Shown piece after piece: positions 24,088-31,493 of a DNA stretch of 42,893 nucleotides. A program made the position numbers and the translations under genes. Below the pieces are notes generated by a model that ran no database searches, had not been told where the DNA came from, and was given only the letters and a program-made list of their open reading frames with translations. Within the stretch, counting starts at the first letter, position 1. Each line of letters opens with the position of its first letter. This DNA comes from a virus. The DNA lies in IMG/VR virus record IMGVR_UViG_3300037424_002455, positions 1 to 42,893 of that record; one strand, written 5' to 3'.

Positions 24088-25019
24088 TACATTACTCCTT
24101 CAACAGCGGATTGGAGTTCTTGAATTGACGATCGCAGGTAGCGGCGGGTGGTTTCGATGGATTCGTGTCCGAGCAGGTCGCGGATGGTTTCGATGGGGGT
24201 TCCGTTGGCTTCGAGCCGTTTGGCGAAGGTGTAGCGGAGCCAGTGGCATGTAAGGTCAGGGACGCCGATCTGTGCGCCCAGGGATGAGATCTCTCGTTGG
24301 AGGGTGCGGACACAGATTTGGAAAAGGACGGTTGTTGTGGATGCAGGTCGAAGGTGGAGATGGGAGGCGAGGGCTTTGCGTCCGATCAGGTTGATGGGGA
24401 CTGTGCGTTCTTTATGTCCTTTTCCGTCGCGGACTATGACATATCCAGAGCGTTCGTTGATGGTGATATCTTCGGTGCATAGACTTGCGGCTTCGTCGAC
24501 GCGCAGTCCGTGGAGCATGATGAGGGTGGATGCCCAGGCTCGGACGGCGTTGTTGTATTCGAACAGGGTGACGGCTCGTTTGGTGTTTTGTTCGATGGCG
24601 TGGATGAGGCGGTGGTATTCGTCGTTTGTGAGGGCGCGGTGTTTGGTGGAGCCGCGTGAGCCGGTTTTGCCTTCGATATCGGTTATGAGTCCTGGATCGC
24701 CGATGTAGCTGGTGAGGTGTGTGAGCGCCCAGAGTCGGGAGTTCCATGTTGCGGCTTTGACCTTTTCCTGTTCGAGCGAATGTGCGCGGTAGAGGTGGAG
24801 GTCGTAGTTGGTGAGCAGGGATGGGATGAATGCCTGGTTGAATTTGTTTGTGTACCAGCCTGCAAAGACGCGGATGTGTTGCATGGCAAGTTTGATGCTG
24901 GCGGGGTCGAGCCGTGGTTTGCGGTTGAAGAGGTGGGTTTGGAGTTCCACGTGCCAGGTCACGTGTTGCAGGTCGGTTGCAGGGACGGTAAGAGGATGTT
25001 GAGTTGTATTGGTATTCAT
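24087..25019 (-). CDS. Tyrosine recombinase, XerC/D-like
   Basis: GLRVDE (Arg), GKGHKER (Lys), HWLRYTF (HxxR) and LLGHESIETTRRY (His, Tyr). Its stop shares a base with the methyltransferase ATG (TAATG). Confidence 0.85.
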   Translation of the reverse strand: MNTNTTQHPLTVPATDLQHVTWHVELQTHLFNRKPRLDPASIKLAMQHIRVFAGWYTNKFNQAFIPSLLTNYDLHLYRAHSLEQEKVKAATWNSRLWALTHLTSYIGDPGLITDIEGKTGSRGSTKHRALTNDEYHRLIHAIEQNTKRAVTLFEYNNAVRAWASTLIMLHGLRVDEAASLCTEDITINERSGYVIVRDGKGHKERTVPINLIGRKALASHLHLRPASTTTVLFQICVRTLQREISSLGAQIGVPDLTCHWLRYTFAKRLEANGTPIETIRDLLGHESIETTRRYLRSSIQELQSAVEGVM

Positions 25020-25031
25020 GTTGATTTTCCT

Positions 25032-25047
25032 AACGGGGCGCGAGATA
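25032..25047. repeat. Inverted repeat A, left copy (aacggggcgcgagata)
   Basis: Perfect 16-bp reverse complement of 25391-25406. Lies 12 nt upstream of the recombinase ATG. Confidence 0.95.
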
Positions 25048-25099
25048 AGCGGCGGGCGATGGGGCGGGTGCTTGCGTCACTCATCTCGTGCTCCACTAA

Positions 25100-25354
25100 T
25101 CAATCTTCGGTACGGAGAGTTTTAGGAGACTCTTCCGCCCCTTCCCCGACGGCTTCATCTCGTTGTTCGACGACGCGGGTCAAGGTACTGGACTTTGTAA
25201 TCATGTAATGAGCCAGTCGAGAACACTCTCCCGATAATTCAACGAGTCGGGCAATTGTCACGTCTGGCGGGACTGAATTATCCATAAAGAAGTTATTCAG
25301 TGCCTCTACCATTGCATTCCATAACATTTGATTTTTACTTAGATTTTCAGGCAT
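25100..25354 (-). CDS. Hypothetical 84-aa protein (enclosed by inverted repeat A)
   Basis: GAAAGGAAAA RBS and ATG start. Possible helix-turn-helix (TIARLVELSGECSRLAHYM). Confidence 0.55.
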   Translation of the reverse strand: MPENLSKNQMLWNAMVEALNNFFMDNSVPPDVTIARLVELSGECSRLAHYMITKSSTLTRVVEQRDEAVGEGAEESPKTLRTED

Positions 25355-25390
25355 GTCTTTTTTCCTTTCAGCTAGTCGAGCATCGAGATG

Positions 25391-25406
25391 TATCTCGCGC
25401 CCCGTT
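25391..25406. repeat. Inverted repeat A, right copy (tatctcgcgccccgtt)
   Basis: Perfect 16-bp partner of 25032-25047. Overlaps the left arm of hairpin 25402-25455. Confidence 0.95.
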
Positions 25407-25455
25407 CGACGACCAAGCCCCCCGCACTTTGGGGGAGCGCAGCGTCGTCGAACGG
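25402..25455. other. Compound stem-loop (12-bp outer stem plus inner C5/G5 stem)
   Basis: ccgttcgacgac ... gtcgtcgaacgg with inner ccccc gcacttt ggggg. Directly after the stop of ORF 25462-25800. No U-tract. Confidence 0.75.
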
Positions 25456-25461
25456 TTTGCG

Positions 25462-25800
25462 TTACTGGCGGGCGGCTTTGGAGCCGCCTTTGCCATTTAC
25501 AGACTTTGATTTTGCGCCACGTTTCGCCCGTCCAGTGGACACTGTGTTAGCTGGCTTCAAGGGGATGAAGTAAGCAAGGCAGGCACGAACCGAAACCATG
25601 CCGTTGTAATTCAGCTTGTAATCGAGAGAGATAAATTTAGGATTACCCTCGAAAACTTCCACTTTTGCGAACGGATCACCGACCTCTAAAACTTTTGCTT
25701 TGAATGTTCCCTTTCGGCTATCCCTAATTTCGTATAATTCACCGACAATCGGCGGAGTGCCTTTCGGCTTGCCTGCCACTACCCAAATATCTTCTGACAT
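25462..25800 (-). CDS. Hypothetical 112-aa protein with a beta-rich core and a lysine/glycine-rich basic tail
   Basis: Start at MSEDIWVV with a GAAAGG RBS; the longer ORF uses TTG. Tail reads RAKRGAKSKSVNGKGGSKAARQ. Confidence 0.55.
   Translation of the reverse strand: MSEDIWVVAGKPKGTPPIVGELYEIRDSRKGTFKAKVLEVGDPFAKVEVFEGNPKFISLDYKLNYNGMVSVRACLAYFIPLKPANTVSTGRAKRGAKSKSVNGKGGSKAARQ
25546..25558. repeat. Inverted repeat B, left copy (gttagctggcttc)
   Basis: Perfect 13-bp reverse complement of 25823-25835. Inside the 3' part of ORF 25462-25800. Confidence 0.95.
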
Positions 25801-25822
25801 ATTAGACCTTTCCGCTGGCAAG

Positions 25823-25835
25823 GAAGCCAGCTAAC
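25823..25835. repeat. Inverted repeat B, right copy (gaagccagctaac)
   Basis: Directly abuts the stop codon (25836-25838) of the IntI-like gene. Confidence 0.95.
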
Positions 25836-26822
25836 TCATGATTCAACAGCAGTGTGCTGTTTAATAACGGACTTTCCATCTAGCGGACTTACCACTCCGC
25901 TCCCCTTCATCGTCACGTGGGTATAGATCATTGTTGTTTTTACGTCCTTATGTCCAAGTAACTCCTGAATGGTGCGGATATCGTATCCATCTTGCAATAG
26001 CTTAGTGGCGAACGAATGACGAAATGTATGCGGACCAACATTCTTATGGATAGCCGCCTTCCCTACCGCTTTTTTGACTGCTTTTTGCACACTCGTTTCA
26101 TAGATATGATGTCTGCGTACATGACCGCTTCGTGGATCTGTTGAGAATTGACCAGCCGGAAATACATATTGCCAAGCCCACTCAAAAGGCGCATTTGGGT
26201 ATTTTCGATCCAGCGCAAATGGCAGTTCGACTTCACCGCGACCATCTGTGAGATCAATCGTATGCTGAGCCTTGACTTTGGCAATATGCAACATCAAAGC
26301 GGGGACTACAGATTCAGGCAGAACAGTCACCCTATCCCGGTTGGATTTCGTGTCCCTAAGTGTTATTGTTCGGTTTCCGAAATCGATATCCTTTACCCTC
26401 ACACGCAAACACTCCATCAAACGCAGACCAGCACCATACATCAACTGAGCCATGATCCGGTATTGACCGTTCAATTGTTCGATGACTCTCATTGCTTCTT
26501 CGTGGGTCAAAACGACAGGTAGCCACGTGGATTTCTTCGCGCGGACAATATCCAAACTGCCAAGATCAACTTCATATAATTTGTACAAAAACAATAATGC
26601 CGCTAATGCCTGGTTTTGCGTGGTTGCACTGACATGCAAATCAACTGCCAGGTGTGTCAAAAATCGTTTCACGCCTTCAGAGCCAGCTTCACGGGGATGG
26701 ATCGGCTTGATAAAATTTACATAGCGCTTGACCCAATGCAGATATGTTTTTTCTGTCTTATAGGCATAATGCCTGGTTCGCAAAGCATCCCGAACGGTGT
26801 CGAATAATCCTGCTTTTTTCAT
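25836..26822 (-). CDS. intI: Integron-type tyrosine integrase (IntI-like)
   Basis: Collinear with IntI1 as I recall it: [47 protein letters not shown], the IntI-specific insert [45 protein letters not shown] and [16 protein letters not shown]. Confidence 0.8.
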   Translation of the reverse strand: MKKAGLFDTVRDALRTRHYAYKTEKTYLHWVKRYVNFIKPIHPREAGSEGVKRFLTHLAVDLHVSATTQNQALAALLFLYKLYEVDLGSLDIVRAKKSTWLPVVLTHEEAMRVIEQLNGQYRIMAQLMYGAGLRLMECLRVRVKDIDFGNRTITLRDTKSNRDRVTVLPESVVPALMLHIAKVKAQHTIDLTDGRGEVELPFALDRKYPNAPFEWAWQYVFPAGQFSTDPRSGHVRRHHIYETSVQKAVKKAVGKAAIHKNVGPHTFRHSFATKLLQDGYDIRTIQELLGHKDVKTTMIYTHVTMKGSGVVSPLDGKSVIKQHTAVES

Positions 26823-27355
26823 CGTGGCTCCACCTGGGAGATCTTGCGGTTCATGAATTGGTATTGGATTTCGACCGGGACGGTTTCTTCGTGGCGTGTG
26901 AAGGTGCCGCGCTGGTTGTTGGCTTTGGCATGTTCAACAAGTTTCTTGAGGGGTTTGAGGTTCTCGTCAAGGTCTGTGGATTTGATCAAGCCGTAGGCGA
27001 AGGTGGCGGATGCGCCGTTCTCGCGGAAGTTGTTTTGGATGCGCTGGCAGAGGAGGAGCGGGTCTGCGTGTTCGCCGGTGCGTTCGGTGACGATGACTGC
27101 GAATTCGTCGCCTGAGAGGATCTGTCCGATGACGTAATCAGTGGAACGGACAGAGATGGAGCGTTTGATCAGTTCGGAGGTTTCATCCCAGGAGCCGCGG
27201 CTGTTCAAGCCTTTCATATCGTCTATGTCGAAGAAGATGAGCCATACGGCACTGCCTGCGACTTTATCCCAGACTACGTGTTGGAATCCCTGCCGGGTGT
27301 AGCACCCGAGTTCTTTGTTCCATTTGAGCAGGTCGATCAGTTCTTGTGTTGTCAT
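26819..27355 (-). CDS. Stand-alone GGDEF-fold nucleotide cyclase-like protein (SGDEF variant)
   Basis: [13 protein letters not shown]...SGDEFAVIV...ATFAYGLI...HAKANNQRG is collinear with the GGDEF domain. Start at [10 protein letters not shown] with an AAAGGA RBS. Its stop overlaps the intI ATG (ATGA). Confidence 0.65.
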   Translation of the reverse strand: MTTQELIDLLKWNKELGCYTRQGFQHVVWDKVAGSAVWLIFFDIDDMKGLNSRGSWDETSELIKRSISVRSTDYVIGQILSGDEFAVIVTERTGEHADPLLLCQRIQNNFRENGASATFAYGLIKSTDLDENLKPLKKLVEHAKANNQRGTFTRHEETVPVEIQYQFMNRKISQVEPR

Positions 27356-27512
27356 CAGTAATCCTTTCCTCGCCGTGGATTGTTGCCACGGATGGGGACT
27401 ATGGGTTTTTGATAAAGTGCCAGCAGTGTCCAATTTTGCAATCATTCGATTTATGTTTTGTAGGTCTCACCACTCACCTGCTGGCGCATGAGGGTGGATG
27501 TTGGTAACATGC

Positions 27513-27758
27513 TCACAAAGTCTTTTCATAAAAATCAAAACGGCTTGTGTTGCTGTCCGCTGTGATGTCTTTTTCAGACTCGGTCATGTTGATCCCATGT
27601 AAAGGTTCTTTTACAACGCTGAGAATAATTTCGTTCATCAGTTTCATTGCCAGGTCCCAGCTTGCGCGGTGTTCGGGCGGGAGGGGGATGAAGCGGATCT
27701 CAAACTCGTGATCATTTCCTTGTTTCGTTTTTGCGTTTGTCAGGTTGGTTGGTGTCAT
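27513..27758 (-). CDS. Hypothetical 81-aa protein
   Basis: ATG start. Overlaps the upstream gene's 3' end by 47 nt. No motif. Confidence 0.45.
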   Translation of the reverse strand: MTPTNLTNAKTKQGNDHEFEIRFIPLPPEHRASWDLAMKLMNEIILSVVKEPLHGINMTESEKDITADSNTSRFDFYEKTL

Positions 27759-28047
27759 AACTTTGTGGTGTGGAGCGCACCTGGCGTAAACGCTCTGTCA
27801 GTTGGTTGATACGTGTGTCTGTGTAGGCGTGGACGGCTTCCTGTTCGTTGATGATGTCGAGCGCGATGGCGATGGCGTCTTCGATGCCTGCCTGGGCGGG
27901 GTAGGGAAGCCTGCGGCGATCGGCGATGTCTTTGAGTTCAGCGACCTGTTTCTCCAGTTGTTGCTGGCGTTCGATCAATTTGCGGATGTGCCAGCCAAGG
28001 AAACTGCCTGCAAGTATTGCGATGCCGATCAAGAGTGCCTGGTTCAT
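27712..28047 (-). CDS. Membrane-anchored coiled-coil protein
   Basis: Start at MNQALLIGIAILAGSFLGW (TM), then ERQQQLEKQVAELKDI (coiled coil). Confidence 0.5.
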   Translation of the reverse strand: MNQALLIGIAILAGSFLGWHIRKLIERQQQLEKQVAELKDIADRRRLPYPAQAGIEDAIAIALDIINEQEAVHAYTDTRINQLTERLRQVRSTPQSYDTNQPDKRKNETRK

Positions 28048-28133
28048 GGAGTGCCTTTCGTAAGAACATTGATAAGTAAAAGAATGAGACTGATCATGAG
28101 GACTGCGTAGGCGATCAAGATTTTTATTTTCAT
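28044..28133 (-). CDS. Candidate 29-aa hydrophobic micro-ORF (MKIKILIAYAVLMISLILLLINVLTKGTP)
   Basis: ATG start. Its stop overlaps the next ATG (ATGA). Weak RBS. Not in the supplied track. Confidence 0.3.
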   Translation of the reverse strand: MKIKILIAYAVLMISLILLLINVLTKGTP

Positions 28134-28228
28134 GCCGTTTCTGGTTCAAAAGTTTGTGCAGGGCTCGTGGGGTTCTGTTACTATCGGCGTTGAAGAGCAA
28201 CGCCATTGCTTCTTTACCCAATTCCCTG

Positions 28229-28260
28229 CCCATCCGTCCGAGCCAAGAAGGACGGATGGG
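28229..28260. other. Stem-loop downstream of ORF 28275-28598
   Basis: cccatccgtcc gagccaagaa ggacggatggg: 11-bp perfect stem, no U-tract. Confidence 0.6.
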
Positions 28261-28274
28261 ACTAGGGCGCAGGG

Positions 28275-28598
28275 TTACTTTGACTTGACCAGTTTGGAAG
28301 CCTTCAACGACCAAACCAGACCTTGGAAACCCCAGATATGGGGTCTTTTTATTGCGAGAACTCGCAGGGCAAAGCGAAAACGCCGATCACCAGTCGGATA
28401 GACACTCATGATGTCTTCCAAAATCTCGTTTTTCGGCGCTTTGCCATGGACTCGCATATTGACGATCGTTGCATGACTGCGGATGTAGTTATCACCTTCT
28501 GGGGAAAGGCTTTCGTTCAGAAACTCCAGAAATTGGCGGTCGTTCTTTCCCAACACCTGCATTTCATTTTCTGTAAGGTTTTTGATCTCTTCGCTCAT
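28275..28598 (-). CDS. First early-operon protein (Cro position), hypothetical
   Basis: Start at MSEEIKNL with a GGAG RBS. First ORF downstream of the PR-like promoter. No HTH recognised. Confidence 0.55.
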   Translation of the reverse strand: MSEEIKNLTENEMQVLGKNDRQFLEFLNESLSPEGDNYIRSHATIVNMRVHGKAPKNEILEDIMSVYPTGDRRFRFALRVLAIKRPHIWGFQGLVWSLKASKLVKSK

Positions 28599-28624
28599 GT
28601 AAATCTCCGTCACACTTCTTGTTT

Positions 28625-28688
28625 TGGTCACGTTTGTGACCATGTGACCATTATATACAGTGTGACCAATCTGTCAAGGGTTTGACCA
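28625..28688. promoter_or_regulatory. Operator cluster of the lysogeny switch (TGGTCAC / GTGACCA half-sites)
   Basis: tggtcac (28625) is inverted relative to gtgacca at 28636, 28644 and 28662 and ttgacca at 28682. Confidence 0.6.
28650..28677 (-). promoter_or_regulatory. Near-consensus early promoter (PR-like)
   Basis: On the minus strand: cccTTGACA, 16 nt, TATAAT. Operator half-sites lie in the spacer and just downstream of -10. Confidence 0.65.
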
Positions 28689-28689
28689 A

Positions 28690-29115
28690 ATGCAAAAGGT
28701 TACGGATATAATCCCCAAAATGGACGAAGAAAAAGCACATCAACTACTTGAAGATGCACTTGTTATCTGGAGATCAATTCAGACCAGAGCCAGGGAGAGC
28801 GTATCCCTTCAGAAGTTTGCAAACTACTTGGGTGTCAGTAAATCGCTTTTCATAGCATGGCAAAATAAAGAGAGATCCATGACCTATGAAAGCAGAAAAA
28901 TAATTGCTAAACCTATAGCTGATCTTGTTGGGAACTATGCTTATGAAGTATTGGAAGTCAATCCCCAAAATCCGTTTTTGCAAAGTATCATTTCCCGATT
29001 TGAAAACATCCCACCTGAGAAACAACAACAACTTGCCGATGAAGCCGAACAATATGAAGTGAAAAATGAGCGATCTAAGAAAGCACTTACAGAGCGAAAG
29101 ACTACACCGCGTTGA
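28690..29115 (+). CDS. HTH (XRE/CI-like) repressor candidate
   Basis: SLQKFANYLGVSKSLFIAWQNKERSMT looks like a helix-turn-helix. Divergent from the early operon. ATG lies 1 nt after the last operator half-site. Confidence 0.65.
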   Translation: MQKVTDIIPKMDEEKAHQLLEDALVIWRSIQTRARESVSLQKFANYLGVSKSLFIAWQNKERSMTYESRKIIAKPIADLVGNYAYEVLEVNPQNPFLQSIISRFENIPPEKQQQLADEAEQYEVKNERSKKALTERKTTPR

Positions 29116-29272
29116 ACGGGCGTGGCAATACCTATCCCCCACTCAACAGATATGGGTCTATGTCCGCGCCATGTGGTGGAGCCTGCCCACTGCCATCGAG
29201 TTGATCGAGCGGGTGCAAGTCCGCGTGGAAGTGTGGGTCTTAGAGATGATCTATCAGGCACATTGGGTTTAG
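29066..29272 (+). CDS. Possible small ORF (68 aa) overlapping the repressor 3' end
   Basis: Non-repetitive sequence (RAWQYLSPTQQIWVYVRAMWWSLPTAIELIER) that ends just before the RBS of the next gene. Weak RBS and a 50-nt overlap. Confidence 0.3.
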   Translation: MSDLRKHLQSERLHRVERAWQYLSPTQQIWVYVRAMWWSLPTAIELIERVQVRVEVWVLEMIYQAHWV

Positions 29273-29284
29273 GAAGGGGGCGAT

Positions 29285-29875
29285 ATGCCTTTTCGCTTTC
29301 GTAAAATATTTTCGTTGGGCAAGGGGATGCGGATCAATCTCAGCAAGGGCGGAGTCAGCACATCTGCAACCAGCAATGTCATCGTCATCGTTATTATCGG
29401 CGTCATCGTATTATGTCTCATCATCTTCTGTTGTATCGGTCTGTTATTTTGGAACACAGATACGGTCACTTCCACAGCCACACCGACAACCGCCATTATT
29501 GACGTTTCAACGATCATCATTCAAACTGCCAATGCCGCCATCATCCAAACAAGAGCGGCAAGTTCGCCCACACCGAACATCACCGCCACTACACTACCAA
29601 CGTTGACACAACCGGTGATCCCCACACCCATCACAATTCCGACGTCGGAAAATCCGGTCATCGTTCCCACCAACACGGTGATCTTCATTCTGCCAACTCT
29701 TCCCGCATCTTCAGGCGGCACATGTTCCTGTAATGCAGATACCTATAATTGCGGCGATTTTTCAAGTCAATCTCAAGCACAGTCTTGCTTCAATTCCTGT
29801 GTTTCCAGTGGCGCTGGAGATATTCATAATCTGGATGGTGATGGCAATGGGCTTGCCTGCGAGAGTTTGCCATAA
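29285..29875 (+). CDS. Membrane protein: DUF4236-like N-terminus, TM, Thr/Pro linker, Excalibur Ca-binding domain
   Basis: FRFRKIFSLGKGMRINLSKGG (DUF4236 pattern), one TM, and a C-terminal CGDF...NLDGDGNGLACESL (Excalibur DxDxDGxxCE). GGAAGGGGG RBS. Confidence 0.7.
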   Translation: MPFRFRKIFSLGKGMRINLSKGGVSTSATSNVIVIVIIGVIVLCLIIFCCIGLLFWNTDTVTSTATPTTAIIDVSTIIIQTANAAIIQTRAASSPTPNITATTLPTLTQPVIPTPITIPTSENPVIVPTNTVIFILPTLPASSGGTCSCNADTYNCGDFSSQSQAQSCFNSCVSSGAGDIHNLDGDGNGLACESLP

Positions 29876-31485
29876 TGAACCTACTCCCGCCACCATCCAC
29901 ACTTCTTCCCGGCTCCACGGTCTGGGCATACCTGCGCGATAGCGGCGGCGAAGGGCAGGACAGATCCATTGCGCGCCAGCTCGAATCCATTCAATCCTTC
30001 TGCAAGACCCACCAACTGCAACTCATCCACATCTTCAAGGACGAAGCCAAGAGCGGGACCACCACCGCCGGTCGTGACGACTTCCAACGTATGATCAACC
30101 TGTCTGACCGGGCAGAGAAAAAACCACACGGACTTTTGCTTTGGAGTTTTTCCCGATTTGGTCGAAATTTTGAAGACACACAATGGAACAAAGCCCGCAT
30201 ACGTCATAACGACATCATCATCCATTCACTGACCGACCCCATCCCCGATGGTCCCTACTCGCGCTTTGTCGAAACGGTCGTGGATATCTCCAACGAAGAA
30301 CGCTCACGACAAACCTCAGTGGATGCCAAGGACGGACTGCGCTCCATCGTCAGCCAGGGCGCGGTGCCCGGCACACCCCCACTCGGCTTTCGGCGCAAAC
30401 CGATCATCACCATCAATCCACGCACAGGCGAACCACGCAAAAATCATAGTTGGGTAATCGATAAACGCCTCGCCCCCAGAATACGCAAAGCTTTTGAAAT
30501 GCGGTCCGCTGGTTCCACCCTGCGCGAGATCCACAAATCCACACGGTTGTACGGCTCCATCAACTCCTACCGCACATTCTTCAACAACCGCATCTACATC
30601 GGCATCCTAGAATTCGGCGACATGGTCGTGGAAGAATACTGCGAAGCGCTCATCCCCATGAAAACATGGAACACCGTCCAAAAGAAACTCAAAGACACCG
30701 CACAAAAGAAATTCAAAGAGAAACATCCACGCCGCGCCAACTCGGTCTATTTGCTGAGCGGCATGGTCAAATGCGCCAGGTGCGGGTCCCCCATGAACGG
30801 CAACACCGTCAGCCGCGACACAAAGCATGGTAGAGATGAAGCCTACCGTTGTTCACGCGCCAAACGCCGCCTTGATTGTGACGCGGGGCGCATCACACGT
30901 CACAAACTCGAAGCGCTGGTACTCTCCACGCTCACCGACTACATCCTCATCCCCGAATCGCTCAGCGCCCAACAAGAGATCGCCATCCACAACCAGACCG
31001 AAGGCGAGATCGAGCACGGAGAAAAAAAATCCGTGCTCCACGGGGAACGCACGGAACTTTCACGGCAGATCGCAAACATCACCAAAGCCATTGCCGATAC
31101 GGGACATTCGGAAGCCTTATTGGACGCGCTCAAACAAAAGGAAACGCAACGCACCCAGGTGCGGACCGAACTCGACGAGCTCGACATCCCCATCCAGCGC
31201 GTCCCGCATCTCACCACGCCGGAAATTGAAGCCGCCTCCCAAGCCATCATCCAGGCTCTCAACAACTCCCCCCCCGAAACCCAACGCCAGATCCTGCGCG
31301 GCTTCGTCAGCGAAGTCACCGCAGAAAGGGATGGCAATATCATTCGTGGTATGATTACCTACTTCTACCCGCCCCCTTTTGACCCCGCCCCCACAGACCC
31401 GTTGCCTATAGAGTCTGCCCCTGTGGGGGCACATCTCTATAGACAACAATTCACTTATGCGTTTGAGGGGAAAATGAAATCATGA
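29875..31485 (+). CDS. Large serine recombinase (integrase)
   Basis: VWAYLRDSGGEGQDRSIARQ (catalytic Ser region), LLLWSFSRFGRN, a recombinase domain, the Zn ribbon CARCGSPMNG...YRCSRAKRRLDC and a coiled coil. 536 aa. Confidence 0.9.
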   Translation: MNLLPPPSTLLPGSTVWAYLRDSGGEGQDRSIARQLESIQSFCKTHQLQLIHIFKDEAKSGTTTAGRDDFQRMINLSDRAEKKPHGLLLWSFSRFGRNFEDTQWNKARIRHNDIIIHSLTDPIPDGPYSRFVETVVDISNEERSRQTSVDAKDGLRSIVSQGAVPGTPPLGFRRKPIITINPRTGEPRKNHSWVIDKRLAPRIRKAFEMRSAGSTLREIHKSTRLYGSINSYRTFFNNRIYIGILEFGDMVVEEYCEALIPMKTWNTVQKKLKDTAQKKFKEKHPRRANSVYLLSGMVKCARCGSPMNGNTVSRDTKHGRDEAYRCSRAKRRLDCDAGRITRHKLEALVLSTLTDYILIPESLSAQQEIAIHNQTEGEIEHGEKKSVLHGERTELSRQIANITKAIADTGHSEALLDALKQKETQRTQVRTELDELDIPIQRVPHLTTPEIEAASQAIIQALNNSPPETQRQILRGFVSEVTAERDGNIIRGMITYFYPPPFDPAPTDPLPIESAPVGAHLYRQQFTYAFEGKMKS

Positions 31486-31493
31486 CTTTGCTT

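Noticed and set aside
25255-25283. Plus-oriented promoter-like sequence (TTGTCA, 17 nt, TTATCC) inside inverted-repeat unit A, which would face the recombinase-methyltransferase pair after inversion
   Set aside because: Both hexamers are weak compared with the four near-consensus promoters elsewhere in the genome. It is kept only as a note for the inversion hypothesis.
25391-25558. Interpreting the inverted repeats and the 25402-25455 hairpin as integron attC sites or cassette boundaries next to the IntI-like gene
   Set aside because: GTTAGCT and AGCTAAC only approximate the GTTRRRY and RYYYAAC cores. In the 12-bp hairpin, GTT sits in the 5' arm and AAC in the 3' arm, the opposite of attC. 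No R''-L''/L'-R' organisation with the usual spacing is visible. This should still be tested with a covariance model.
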